From NCBI GenBank assembly GCA_965261545.1, contig CBDHDF010000001.1, positions 1-24,041 on the forward strand: a stretch of 24,041 bases of DNA. Reading direction: 5' to 3'. The position numbers and the translations under genes are program-made. This document shows positions 1-7,606 of this stretch, one piece after another. The notes below the pieces were generated by a model that worked only from the letters and a program-made list of their open reading frames with translations, was not told the origin of the DNA and did not search any database. This DNA is from Bdellovibrionales bacterium (GTDB taxonomy: Bacteria > Bdellovibrionota > Bdellovibrionia > Bdellovibrionales > UBA1609). Each line of letters begins with the position of its first letter. Position 1 is the first letter of the stretch.

Positions 1-13
1 CCCCTTATAAGGG

Positions 14-2567
14 CAATGGCATTCGTTTAGTGAGAGATCCCATTCGGTTAAGGATTTGAACCTCTAACTCCTCGGGGGTGGGCTAACCCCAAGTTTTTTT
101 CTTTGATCCATGTGATTATCCGTTGGCCATAGCCCCCCTAACCTCTTTACTGGGTCTCCATACTCCGATGGGTTTTCTAGAAACTCGGTCGTAATGCCTA
201 TTCGGACGTAGCCTTTGTCGGCAGGTCTTCATATTTGTAATGATGCAATTGAGGGTTTTACTAAGCACTACCTTTTGTTGAAGAAAAAGACCTTCAATAT
301 TTCTTGCAATTGTCAGTAAATTGTTTTTAAAGTTTGTCTGCATGGTTTGTTTTTTACTATGGGATTGAGATGTATTAAGACGGTCTTCCGTGTAGTTGGA
401 AAATAATCTTGTCAGAGTGATAAGTGTGAAGTGTGCAAACAATTCTTGTTTGACTCCCCTTTCACTTTGAGAATGAAACTCTTCAATGGTCATCAGTTCT
501 TTGGATATTTTGTACAGTTCCTCTATACTCCAGCGTCCATGATAGAGATTGGCCAGATCATCAATGGAATATTTTTTTTGATCCATTAAGGTTGTTCCTA
601 GAACAAAAGTAGTTTGTCCAATTTTATATTTGACCAAACGCAAAGGGTAGGCTTTGAAGTCGTCTTGTGGCTTTTTTTTATGTAGTTCTTTCAGAATTTG
701 CTTGCTAGGAATGACTTGGATCACTGAGTCTTTTTGATCATTATTAATAAATTCATCAAAAACAGTGTTGGCATTTCTCCTTATCCTAAACACCGCATGC
801 AGACTTCGCACCTTATGCTCATGAAGCATTTCGTAGGAATAATAGCCACGATCATAAACCACAACATCGTTTTCAAACAATTTTTTGAAATGAGTTTGTG
901 CAGCCTTTCTCTCATTGTTATGGGCAAAGAGATCAAAATCCACAGGAATCTTCGACTGTAGTTGGTACAGGCAACTGACAAGACCTTGAGGGTACCATGC
1001 TTTTTCCCATGGTTGCTGATACCCATTATCTACGAGTTGACGTGGTAAATTTATTTTCGATCCATCCACTGCGAAAACCTTATGGCCCTTCCATAAGGTA
1101 CTAGAATTGGATATACCGTCTTGTTTAAGAATTTCATCATGCAAAACTTTAAATATATTTTCATCTACTTTAGCCCGTGCACTACACATAGTGGATGCCC
1201 GAACTGGTTTAGGTTGAGGGAGTTCAATGTCTAATATGCGACACTGCTCCCAAAGTTCAATCAAAGTTGTATCATAACCTTGTTTTCCTTTAGAGAAAAC
1301 AAGTCGGAAGATGAAAAGTATAATCAACAATGTATTCAAGACACGTTGACGCTTTTGCCAGGTTCGGTCGTACTCATCTGCAATGATAACCACTGTCTTG
1401 ATGATGTTTTGCCAAAGATGCACAAAAGAGTCCTCTAGCATAGGCTCAGCCAAGTTCTTATGTGGCTTGATGGTGGGTTTCCCGACGGGTTTCTTGATAG
1501 CGCATTGGGGGCCATTCAATAAGATAGACTGATAATTCTTTGTCAGAGGTTGAACATAAACACCTTTTTGAGTTTTTCCCTTTACATTTTTGTAGGCACG
1601 ACTCCCATTTGTTTTGCCCAAATAAAGCCAGTTGGCAGCACGATAGCTCGTGGCATTAAATTTGGTAAGGTCGACAAAAGTCTCCATGAGTACAGGTTTG
1701 AAAGCATGTTTTAACTCCCAGTCTGTGGGAAGTTGGCGAGTTGCCATAGATAAAGCCATCGAAGCAAGATGGCGAACCTTTACCCAGGGAAAGATCAAAA
1801 ATCGACTATTGTTCACCACTAAATTCAAGTGCTTTTTGTAAGCTCGATTTTGCCAACCGATCCATTCATCACGGCAAGGCAAAGTGGATGTGCCAGCTTC
1901 AAATAAAAGACAACCCAATCGTCGCCCACAATTATCTAGGATGAAATAGCGCAAATGGGGACCAAAGGGACGTCTGTAATTGAGATAATGATGCCGATCG
2001 ACAACTTCATTCCATTCCTTAATGGCCTCTTGATCAGTTACGATTTGCAAAGAAAGTGGGGTCAATGAGTCTAGTTTATCGTTGATGAGAGGCTTTTCAT
2101 CTGTTCGGTGTGTCCAAGTGATTTTTTTGGAGGGGACACTCCGCTTTGACATGTCTTTTTCTGGCAGGGATAGAATGTCAAGTTCCTCTAGCGTCTCAAG
2201 CATACGAAGGCACGATTGGATGCGATGATCACCTTTGGGAGTTAGCCAACCAAGATGCTCACAAACTGTATAACCCAGTTCACGGCGACTTAAAGAAGGA
2301 AATAGCGCCACCGTCTTTTGAATGTCGGCAATTTGCTTGCGCGTCAAGCGTCTTCCAAAAAAAGTTGTTGAAGGCAATGTCTCTATGCGTGGGTCCATTT
2401 GAGTCTCTCCCCTTTGGGAATGGTTCAAATATAATGTGACACAACGATGGGGTGGACTCAAGTATTTTTTTTCGGAAAAAGAAAAAAGATAAAAGCCCCC
2501 TTAACTCAGTATGTTAGAGGGAGTCAGAAAAATGTGGAAAAACCTTCTGCAAAAACGAATGCCATTG
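14..2567 (-). mobile_element. IS4-family element (IS4-1) encoding a DUF4338-DDE fusion transposase
   Basis: Perfect 15-bp terminal inverted repeats CAATGGCATTCGTTT (14-28) and AAACGAATGCCATTG (2553-2567) enclose one long minus-strand ORF; the 2567 end interrupts an IS256 transposase gene. Confidence 0.9.
116..2398 (-). CDS. Fusion protein: N-terminal DUF4338 (DruA-like) domain plus C-terminal IS4-family DDE transposase, ~760 aa
   Basis: N-terminal motifs HHYLNY, RDEWIGW, VVNNSRFLIFPWV, LMETFVD, SYRAANWLYLGKT fit DUF4338; C-terminal VFAVDGS, VVYDRGYYS, LYHGRWSIEELYKISK fit the IS4 DDE and YREK motifs. ATG at 2398 is preceded by AGGGGAG; the ORF is open up to 2461. Confidence 0.88.
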   Translation of the reverse strand: MDPRIETLPSTTFFGRRLTRKQIADIQKTVALFPSLSRRELGYTVCEHLGWLTPKGDHRIQSCLRMLETLEELDILSLPEKDMSKRSVPSKKITWTHRTDEKPLINDKLDSLTPLSLQIVTDQEAIKEWNEVVDRHHYLNYRRPFGPHLRYFILDNCGRRLGCLLFEAGTSTLPCRDEWIGWQNRAYKKHLNLVVNNSRFLIFPWVKVRHLASMALSMATRQLPTDWELKHAFKPVLMETFVDLTKFNATSYRAANWLYLGKTNGSRAYKNVKGKTQKGVYVQPLTKNYQSILLNGPQCAIKKPVGKPTIKPHKNLAEPMLEDSFVHLWQNIIKTVVIIADEYDRTWQKRQRVLNTLLIILFIFRLVFSKGKQGYDTTLIELWEQCRILDIELPQPKPVRASTMCSARAKVDENIFKVLHDEILKQDGISNSSTLWKGHKVFAVDGSKINLPRQLVDNGYQQPWEKAWYPQGLVSCLYQLQSKIPVDFDLFAHNNERKAAQTHFKKLFENDVVVYDRGYYSYEMLHEHKVRSLHAVFRIRRNANTVFDEFINNDQKDSVIQVIPSKQILKELHKKKPQDDFKAYPLRLVKYKIGQTTFVLGTTLMDQKKYSIDDLANLYHGRWSIEELYKISKELMTIEEFHSQSERGVKQELFAHFTLITLTRLFSNYTEDRLNTSQSHSKKQTMQTNFKNNLLTIARNIEGLFLQQKVVLSKTLNCIITNMKTCRQRLRPNRHYDRVSRKPIGVWRPSKEVRGAMANG

Positions 2568-2902
2568 CTCGCATAGAGGGTCAGAATACTGTCTTCAAAG
2601 CCCTCAAGACGAGTCTTGCCTTTGGGAATGACTTGGGGCTCAAAGGAGGCACTTCGGTCACGGGGGACCTGAAGCTCCACCTCGCCTTTCTCTCCCTTTA
2701 TGGTCTTTCTACTGTAACCATTGCGAGTGTTGGATTTGCGGGTCTCAGACTTCTCATGCCTCTCATAACCTAGGTGATCGTCCATTTCCGCATTAAGAGC
2801 TGTCTCTAAAACAACCTTCATCAGTTGACCCGTTATGTCGGATAAATCCTTTTGGGTCTTGACGTTCTTCGCTAGTTCCTTGCCTATTGTCTTGATATCC
2901 AT
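2568..2902 (-). pseudogene. Truncated IS256-family transposase (N-terminal ~110 aa)
   Basis: AEMDDHLGYERHE, NTRNGYSRKTIK, VPRDRSASFEPQVIPK; RBS AAGGAG upstream; the frame runs into the IS4-1 inverted repeat. Confidence 0.9.
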
Positions 2903-2975
2903 TCTGCCTTCTCCTTTCAGGATGATAGTTCATCCTAATATGATTCGGCAGTTACACAAAATAGTTTACAGGCTC
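2568..2975 (-). mobile_element. 5' fragment of an IS256-family element
   Basis: Minus-strand end GAGCCTGTAAACTATTTTGTGTAACTG starting at 2975 resembles IS256-family termini; cut at 2567/2568 by IS4-1. Confidence 0.85.
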
Positions 2976-3062
2976 AAAAAAACTTGGGGTTAGCCCACCC
3001 CCGAGGAGTTAGAGGTTCAAATCCTTAACCGAATGGGATCTCTCACTAAACGAATGCCATTG
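2976..3062 (+). repeat. Isolated 87-bp downstream end of a second IS4-1 copy
   Basis: Exact inverted copy of 14-100, abutting the IS256 terminus. Confidence 0.9.
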
Positions 3063-3131
3063 CTTATAAGGGGGCTTAAAAGCCCTCTAAGGCGTTGAGA
3101 AATGCTGGAATACGAGACTATGGTTAGGGTA

Positions 3132-3871
3132 CAATGCCGTTTCCTTAAGAAAAATCTCTTGAAATTATTAGATAAATCGACAAGAATAAGACTTGTTTTA
3201 TTTTACACCCAACCCTCAACCAAGGAGTAAGTCACATGCAATCCAATATTGATCTCGAAAGCCCCCAAATGACGAGTTCGCGTCACAGATGACCATTTTA
3301 TTCTACCAAAACTTGATTCTTCCTTCAAGCCAGAGCACCTTGTCGATCCAGAAAAACAAAAAAGGAATCGAAAATTTAATCCTCAAATTTTCTTTTTTAC
3401 CATTATCTATCTTATTTCCGGAACAAATTACGAAGGCTACCAAATCGCTCTTAAGACGGTATGGACTCATTTTGGTGACCTGCTTCTCATGCCAGTCAAA
3501 AGCAGTCTCAGCAAGATACGTCAAAGTATTTCTTACCTATTTTTTAAAAATATCTTTGAATCTCTGATTACAGACTACGAACCATTGAGAAAAACGTTTC
3601 ATGGTTTTTATATCTATGCCATAGATGGCGACCAATTAGCACTTCCTCGCTCTAAAGATCTTTTAAAGGAGGGTTATTGTGGGTACCCTTGCCCAAATGA
3701 GATGGAAACTCATTTCTTACGTATGTATCTATCTCATGCTTATGACGTTTTATCGGGTGTGACAAAGAATCTTTGCTTTTCTCCCGCTCTCAACGAAATC
3801 GCCAATGCTATTCAAATGATAGGTAGTTTTGAGAGTAATAGCATAACTCTCTACGATAGGCTTTATTTATC
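3132..3871 (+). mobile_element. IS4-family element IS4-2, copy 1 (left part only)
   Basis: Begins with IR CAATGCCGTTTCCTTAAG; near-identical to 8039-8535 joined to 11787-12028; identity stops after TTATTTATC at 3871. Confidence 0.9.
3273..3871 (+). pseudogene. IS4-2 transposase, N-terminal portion, interrupted
   Basis: Frame open from 3273 (RNRKFNPQIFFFTIIYLISG...PVKSSLSKIR...YAIDGDQLALP...LYDRLY); cut just after the second catalytic Asp. Confidence 0.8.
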
Positions 3872-4029
3872 GTAACATTCATGGGGGCGCCTTGCTTCCC
3901 CACCCACGCCCATGAATCTTTCTAGGCCCCCACTTCTTTGCACGAAGCAACTCGGTGGACAGCTTCGCTGGTCTATATAATTGGCCTCTTTTAGTTACTC
4001 TGGACTTTTGATTGTATTTTTGTCATGTA

Positions 4030-4250
4030 TGATTCCGATACAATAAAGGATAAAGCAATAACATTATTGGAAGGTGATAAGATGAGTGGCCGTTGAATAG
4101 ATTGGTAATTTTAATTCCGTGAAGTAACATGGTCTTGAGCTTTGGATCGAACCCACGCATGTACCTGCACTCTGAGTGTATGGACGTATAGTAAGTTGAC
4201 CTATTTTCGCTTTAGAATTTATGGCAAAATCCCAAGGCTCTAGTTTTATC
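4030..4250 (+). ncRNA. Candidate IS110 bridge RNA in the ~410-bp upstream non-coding region (boundaries approximate; also present in copies B and C)
   Basis: IS110-type elements such as IS621 encode a guide RNA upstream of the recombinase. Short segments match the target (TGAATAG 4094-4100) and the donor junction (AGTAACAT 4123-4130; CCCACGCATGT 4152-4162). Structure not computed. Confidence 0.55.
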
Positions 4251-4713
4251 ACCTTCTTTTTTTCTAACAGAAAGGAGGAGTCATGTGGATATTATTTATA
4301 GTTCTGTTTGTGGAATAGATGTTCATCAACATATGTTGATGTGTACGATTGTCAAAGTGGAAGACGGTAAGAAGAAGTTTTTCACAAAAGAGTTCAAGAA
4401 TTTTCCAAAAAATTTTCCTAGAATGCGCTCTTGGATGAAGCCACATAAGGTTGAGAGAGTTCTTTTTGAGAGCACAGGGATTTATTGGAATTCTTTATAC
4501 GATGATTTGACAGAAAAAGGTTATGAAGTAGATGTTATCAATGCCTTTCATGTCAAAAATATTACTGGTAAAAAAACTGACGTGTTGGATAGCCAGTGGA
4601 TTGCAGAGCTTGGTGCTTGTGGTCTTCTGCTGAATTTCACGAGTTTGACCCACTGAATTTCACGAAGTTTGACCCACCCCTCAGTCAGTCAATTTGAGGT
4701 CCAATTTTGAATT

Positions 4714-5121
4714 TCACGGTGGCTCAAACTTTGTCAATTTAAACCTTCTTTTTTCTGCTGACTCAGTAACTTTTACACCCTCAATGTCACGATGTCCCAA
4801 CGGTGGGTTAAGGCTTATTTGCCAGAATGTTAGATGCCAACTAAAATTGGCCACTTTGTCATTGAGAATCTCGGCCCTTCCCATTTTTGAGGTTTCAATG
4901 GAGGGTTTTTCGATGGGGATGTTGAACCCATGGCTCAAAATGGCAGAGAATAGCGAGCCAGTTATCCACAAATTTATCCATGGTGACGCTGCGTCTGTGA
5001 CCCCGATGTCTATCAACGCAGCGCTGCCGTGGGTAAATTTTGTGGATAACTGGCGGGTACATGATTCAATAGTTCCGATGGAGTGTCTCCCGATGGTGTC
5101 TTCTAAGGTCTGCTTTTGCAT
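4714..5121 (-). CDS. Possible 135-aa hypothetical ORF downstream of istB
   Basis: ATG with good RBS (AAGGAG) immediately after the istB stop; no recognisable motif, and it runs through a DNA palindrome. Confidence 0.25.
   Translation of the reverse strand: MQKQTLEDTIGRHSIGTIESCTRQLSTKFTHGSAALIDIGVTDAASPWINLWITGSLFSAILSHGFNIPIEKPSIETSKMGRAEILNDKVANFSWHLTFWQISLNPPLGHRDIEGVKVTESAEKRRFKLTKFEPP
4957..5054. repeat. 98-bp imperfect palindrome containing TTATCCACA boxes
   Basis: GCCAGTTATCCACAAATTTA...TAAATTTTGTGGATAACTGGC; homologous to 11379-11476 and 20769-20866. Confidence 0.9.
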
Positions 5122-5130
5122 GGATTCTCC

Positions 5131-5859
5131 TTAAATCGTCTTTCTCTGCCTAAATGAGCTTCCAGACATGGCTATTTTGATAGCTTGAGAGGTTATGCGA
5201 TCCATAATAGCTTCACAAACGATGGGATCCCCAATGACTTCACTCCAATTTTTTATTGGAAGTTGGGTTGTAAGAATGAGGCTCAGGTCAGGGCCTCGTT
5301 CATCAATCACATCGTAAAGGTCTTGATATTGGCTGGAGGTAAGGGGTTTGATACCAAAGTCATCCAACACAAGTATAGAGATTGATTTTAGCCTTTTAAG
5401 GAAGTTTAGATATGTCCCCTGGGCTCTTTCTAAGTTGAATTTTTCAACAAGAGTATTCATTCTGAAGAACTGAGTGGAAAAACCCTGGCGACAGGCGTGA
5501 TTGCCTATGGCACAAGCCAAATATGACTTTCCAACACCTGTTGGGCCAGAGATAATTATATTTTGACCTCTTTGAGCAAATCTCATAAGGGCTAGATCAC
5601 TCAAAACTCTTCGATCGACTCCTCGGCTGGGCTTGGTTTCAAAGGCCTCAAGGCTTGCTTTTTGCTTCAAAGCTGCTCTTTTGATAAGTCTTAAGACCTT
5701 CTGATTGTCACGATGGATTTTCTCGTCCTCAAAGATGACATTTAGAAAATCTTCGTAACCAAGATCCTGCTCCTCAGCTTCTTTGAGCCTCTGGCTCAAG
5801 GTTGCTAAAACTCCCCTCATTTTTAATATCTCTAATAAATTTTCTGTTTGTTTAATCAT
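5131..5859 (-). CDS. istB: IS21-family helper AAA+ ATPase IstB
   Basis: Walker A GPTGVGKS, Walker B LVLDDFG, plus LILTTQLP and EAIMDRI. Confidence 0.95.
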   Translation of the reverse strand: MIKQTENLLEILKMRGVLATLSQRLKEAEEQDLGYEDFLNVIFEDEKIHRDNQKVLRLIKRAALKQKASLEAFETKPSRGVDRRVLSDLALMRFAQRGQNIIISGPTGVGKSYLACAIGNHACRQGFSTQFFRMNTLVEKFNLERAQGTYLNFLKRLKSISILVLDDFGIKPLTSSQYQDLYDVIDERGPDLSLILTTQLPIKNWSEVIGDPIVCEAIMDRITSQAIKIAMSGSSFRQRKTI

Positions 5860-5939
5860 TTTCTTCTCCTATACGACCTCTCTTATGGAGGTCCAAATGA
5901 CCCGTTAGGTGGTTGAGAACCACCCACCGGGGCTATGGA

Positions 5940-7454
5940 TCAGTGCCAAGTATTCTCCCAGTGCCCTGAACCTCTTAAGTTTTCATTAGGTTGACGGCAG
6001 ACTCTTGGCTCCTCTTTTCGATGACTTTTTGCTGAAATGACTTTCTCAACTCCACGAACCCTAATGTCACTTAAAGCTGCATCTACAAAAAATGAGCAAG
6101 CCTGCTCCAAAGAAGCTGTTGAATAACGCTTTCTTAGATTGAGTATCCCCTGAACACGGCGAAGATACATAAGCGGATGGCGAGGCTCTTTGATAAGCCG
6201 TTGAGCAACTTTGTGAATGCTTTCTCCAAGGCTTGATGCCTCTTTAAGTACATTTTGTGGCGTTTGCTCTAAAATGGCCCGGTGGGACTCAGGGAGATGA
6301 GATTTTGTCGTAAAATAGCGCCCTCGACTTCCCTGGGGGATGTGATGTATCGCCACCCGCTCTAATTCTGAATAAACCTCCAAGCATTGTTGGCTAATAC
6401 GAATATCTAATTTCTTGCCGCGATGCTTATAAGGAACAGAGTAAAAATTGTAGTTATATTGAATGTGACAATCCGGATGAACCTTGGCATGCTTCCAGAA
6501 TCCACTCTCATAGCGTCTTTCAGGAAGAGGATTCAATTTTGACTTCTCAAAAGATTCAAACTTCTGTCGACGACTCAACCCATACTTTTTTTGAATACGA
6601 TCATTGAAAATAGCTGCCAAATGCTTCAACTCAGCGTTGATGTCTGCTAGAGAATACATTTGTCGCTCTCTTATCTGGGGCCAAGACCAGCGCCAAAAGA
6701 CTCCAAGGGTATTTTCGATAAGACTCTTGTCTTTGGGATGAGATGGCCTCATCGCCAAAGGAGCCACATTGTAGTGATCACACAAGAGGTGAAAATCAGA
6801 GTTAATATCGGGATCATAAGTATCAGCTCTTGTCACTTGAACCTTTGCGTTATCAAAAGCAATGGTTCCGGTCACACCACCAAAAAACTCAAAACCAGAA
6901 GCTATGGAGGAAAAAACATCTTCCCGCTGCTCTGTTAATGTGGCGCAGGGAAAGAAAAACTGACTCGATGGAAGTATCATCCCAAATAATCGACATTGGA
7001 TGAACTCCCCAGTCTTGGCATCTGTATAGCCAAAACAAGAGTCTTTTCCCTTATAGTCAAACTCACTCCGTTCACCAGGGGTGAATGTCTGGTGCATATC
7101 AAGCTTTATACTTGGGTGCCTCCGACGAAACTCTCTCCAAAAAGAAAGATAACTCACACCGTCAATCTCGGACTGAATATGTCGCTCCCAGTAATGAGCC
7201 AATTGAGTCCCTAGGCTTTGCTTGAGGCGAACATCTGTCCAATTCACCTTGGATGACCATGGGGCTTGGTAGGGCCCATGCGACCCCTTTGAGCGGCTGT
7301 TAGGGCCTCCGGGACTATCCTTCACATACTTCTTCACAGTGTTCCGACTAACACCCATAGCTCGAGCTATTTGTCTCGAACTGAGTCCAAGCTCTATGTA
7401 TTTCTTAATATTGTTGATCATTCTTGCTCCTTTTTTCTTACCTTGTTTGCCCAT
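5940..7454 (-). CDS. istA: IS21-family transposase IstA
   Basis: N-terminal HTH (SRQIARAMGVSRNTVKKY), PGERSEFDY, FDNAK, PKDKSLIEN, VHPDCHIQY..NFYSVPY; GAGGAGG upstream of the ATG at 7454. Confidence 0.95.
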   Translation of the reverse strand: MGKQGKKKGARMINNIKKYIELGLSSRQIARAMGVSRNTVKKYVKDSPGGPNSRSKGSHGPYQAPWSSKVNWTDVRLKQSLGTQLAHYWERHIQSEIDGVSYLSFWREFRRRHPSIKLDMHQTFTPGERSEFDYKGKDSCFGYTDAKTGEFIQCRLFGMILPSSQFFFPCATLTEQREDVFSSIASGFEFFGGVTGTIAFDNAKVQVTRADTYDPDINSDFHLLCDHYNVAPLAMRPSHPKDKSLIENTLGVFWRWSWPQIRERQMYSLADINAELKHLAAIFNDRIQKKYGLSRRQKFESFEKSKLNPLPERRYESGFWKHAKVHPDCHIQYNYNFYSVPYKHRGKKLDIRISQQCLEVYSELERVAIHHIPQGSRGRYFTTKSHLPESHRAILEQTPQNVLKEASSLGESIHKVAQRLIKEPRHPLMYLRRVQGILNLRKRYSTASLEQACSFFVDAALSDIRVRGVEKVISAKSHRKEEPRVCRQPNENLRGSGHWENTWH

Positions 7455-7506
7455 AGACACCTCCTCGTTAATGCGTAGCGCAGAAAGAATATCTATGAAG
7501 ATCTAA

Positions 7507-7606
7507 GTGGGTCAATGTTTGGTGAAATTCAGTGGGTCAAACTTCGTGAAATTGGGTGGGTCAAACCAGGTGAAATTGGGTGGGTCAAACTAGGTGAAAT
7601 TTTGCA
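7507..7606. repeat. Four ~24-bp tandem repeats GTGGGTCAAAC-N4-GTGAAATT (putative IstA binding sites)
   Basis: Units start at 7507, 7532, 7556 and 7580; two inverted counterparts at the other end (~4633-4677). Multiple terminal repeats are typical of IS21. Confidence 0.88.

Larger units (their letters stand above)
14..3062. mobile_element. Composite unit bounded by two inverted copies of the IS4-1 downstream end
   Basis: 14-100 is the exact reverse complement of 2976-3062 (87 bp); the 10-bp direct repeat CTTATAAGGG flanks the unit at 4-13 and 3063-3072. Confidence 0.85.
4628..7606 (-). mobile_element. IS21-family element IS21-a (2979 bp)
   Basis: TG...CA termini (TGCTGAATTTCAC / GTGAAATTTTGCA), 4-bp TSD CTTC (4624-4627, 7607-7610), istA-istB pair and repeated terminal motifs. 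Confidence 0.95.

Noticed and set aside
116..2398. A complete Druantia defence system
   Set aside because: Only a DruA-like domain is present; there is no DruE helicase or other dru gene in the window.
3860..3880. IS110 inserted directly into IS4-2, followed by an adjacent deletion
   Set aside because: GTAAC is absent from intact IS4-2 at this point (TTATCTACAG); prior insertion of an IS66-like end explains both flanks better, though the far IS66 end is outside the window.
3956..3981. Sigma70 promoter for the IS110 leader (TGGACA...TATAAT)
   Set aside because: The spacer is only 14 bp, and no convincing junction-formed promoter was found by eye.
4064..4446. Short antisense ORFs repeated in each IS110 copy, and similar shadow ORFs in other transposases
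   Set aside because: They recur only because the parent elements are duplicated; 60-110 aa with no motifs.
4957..5054. DnaA boxes as a chromosomal oriC
   Set aside because: They lie inside IS21 elements, occur in three copies, and no unwinding element or origin-linked genes are visible.
7507..7606. Regular ~24-bp repeats as a CRISPR array or iterons
   Set aside because: No unique spacers and no cas or rep gene; they lie at an IS21 terminus and are mirrored at the other end.
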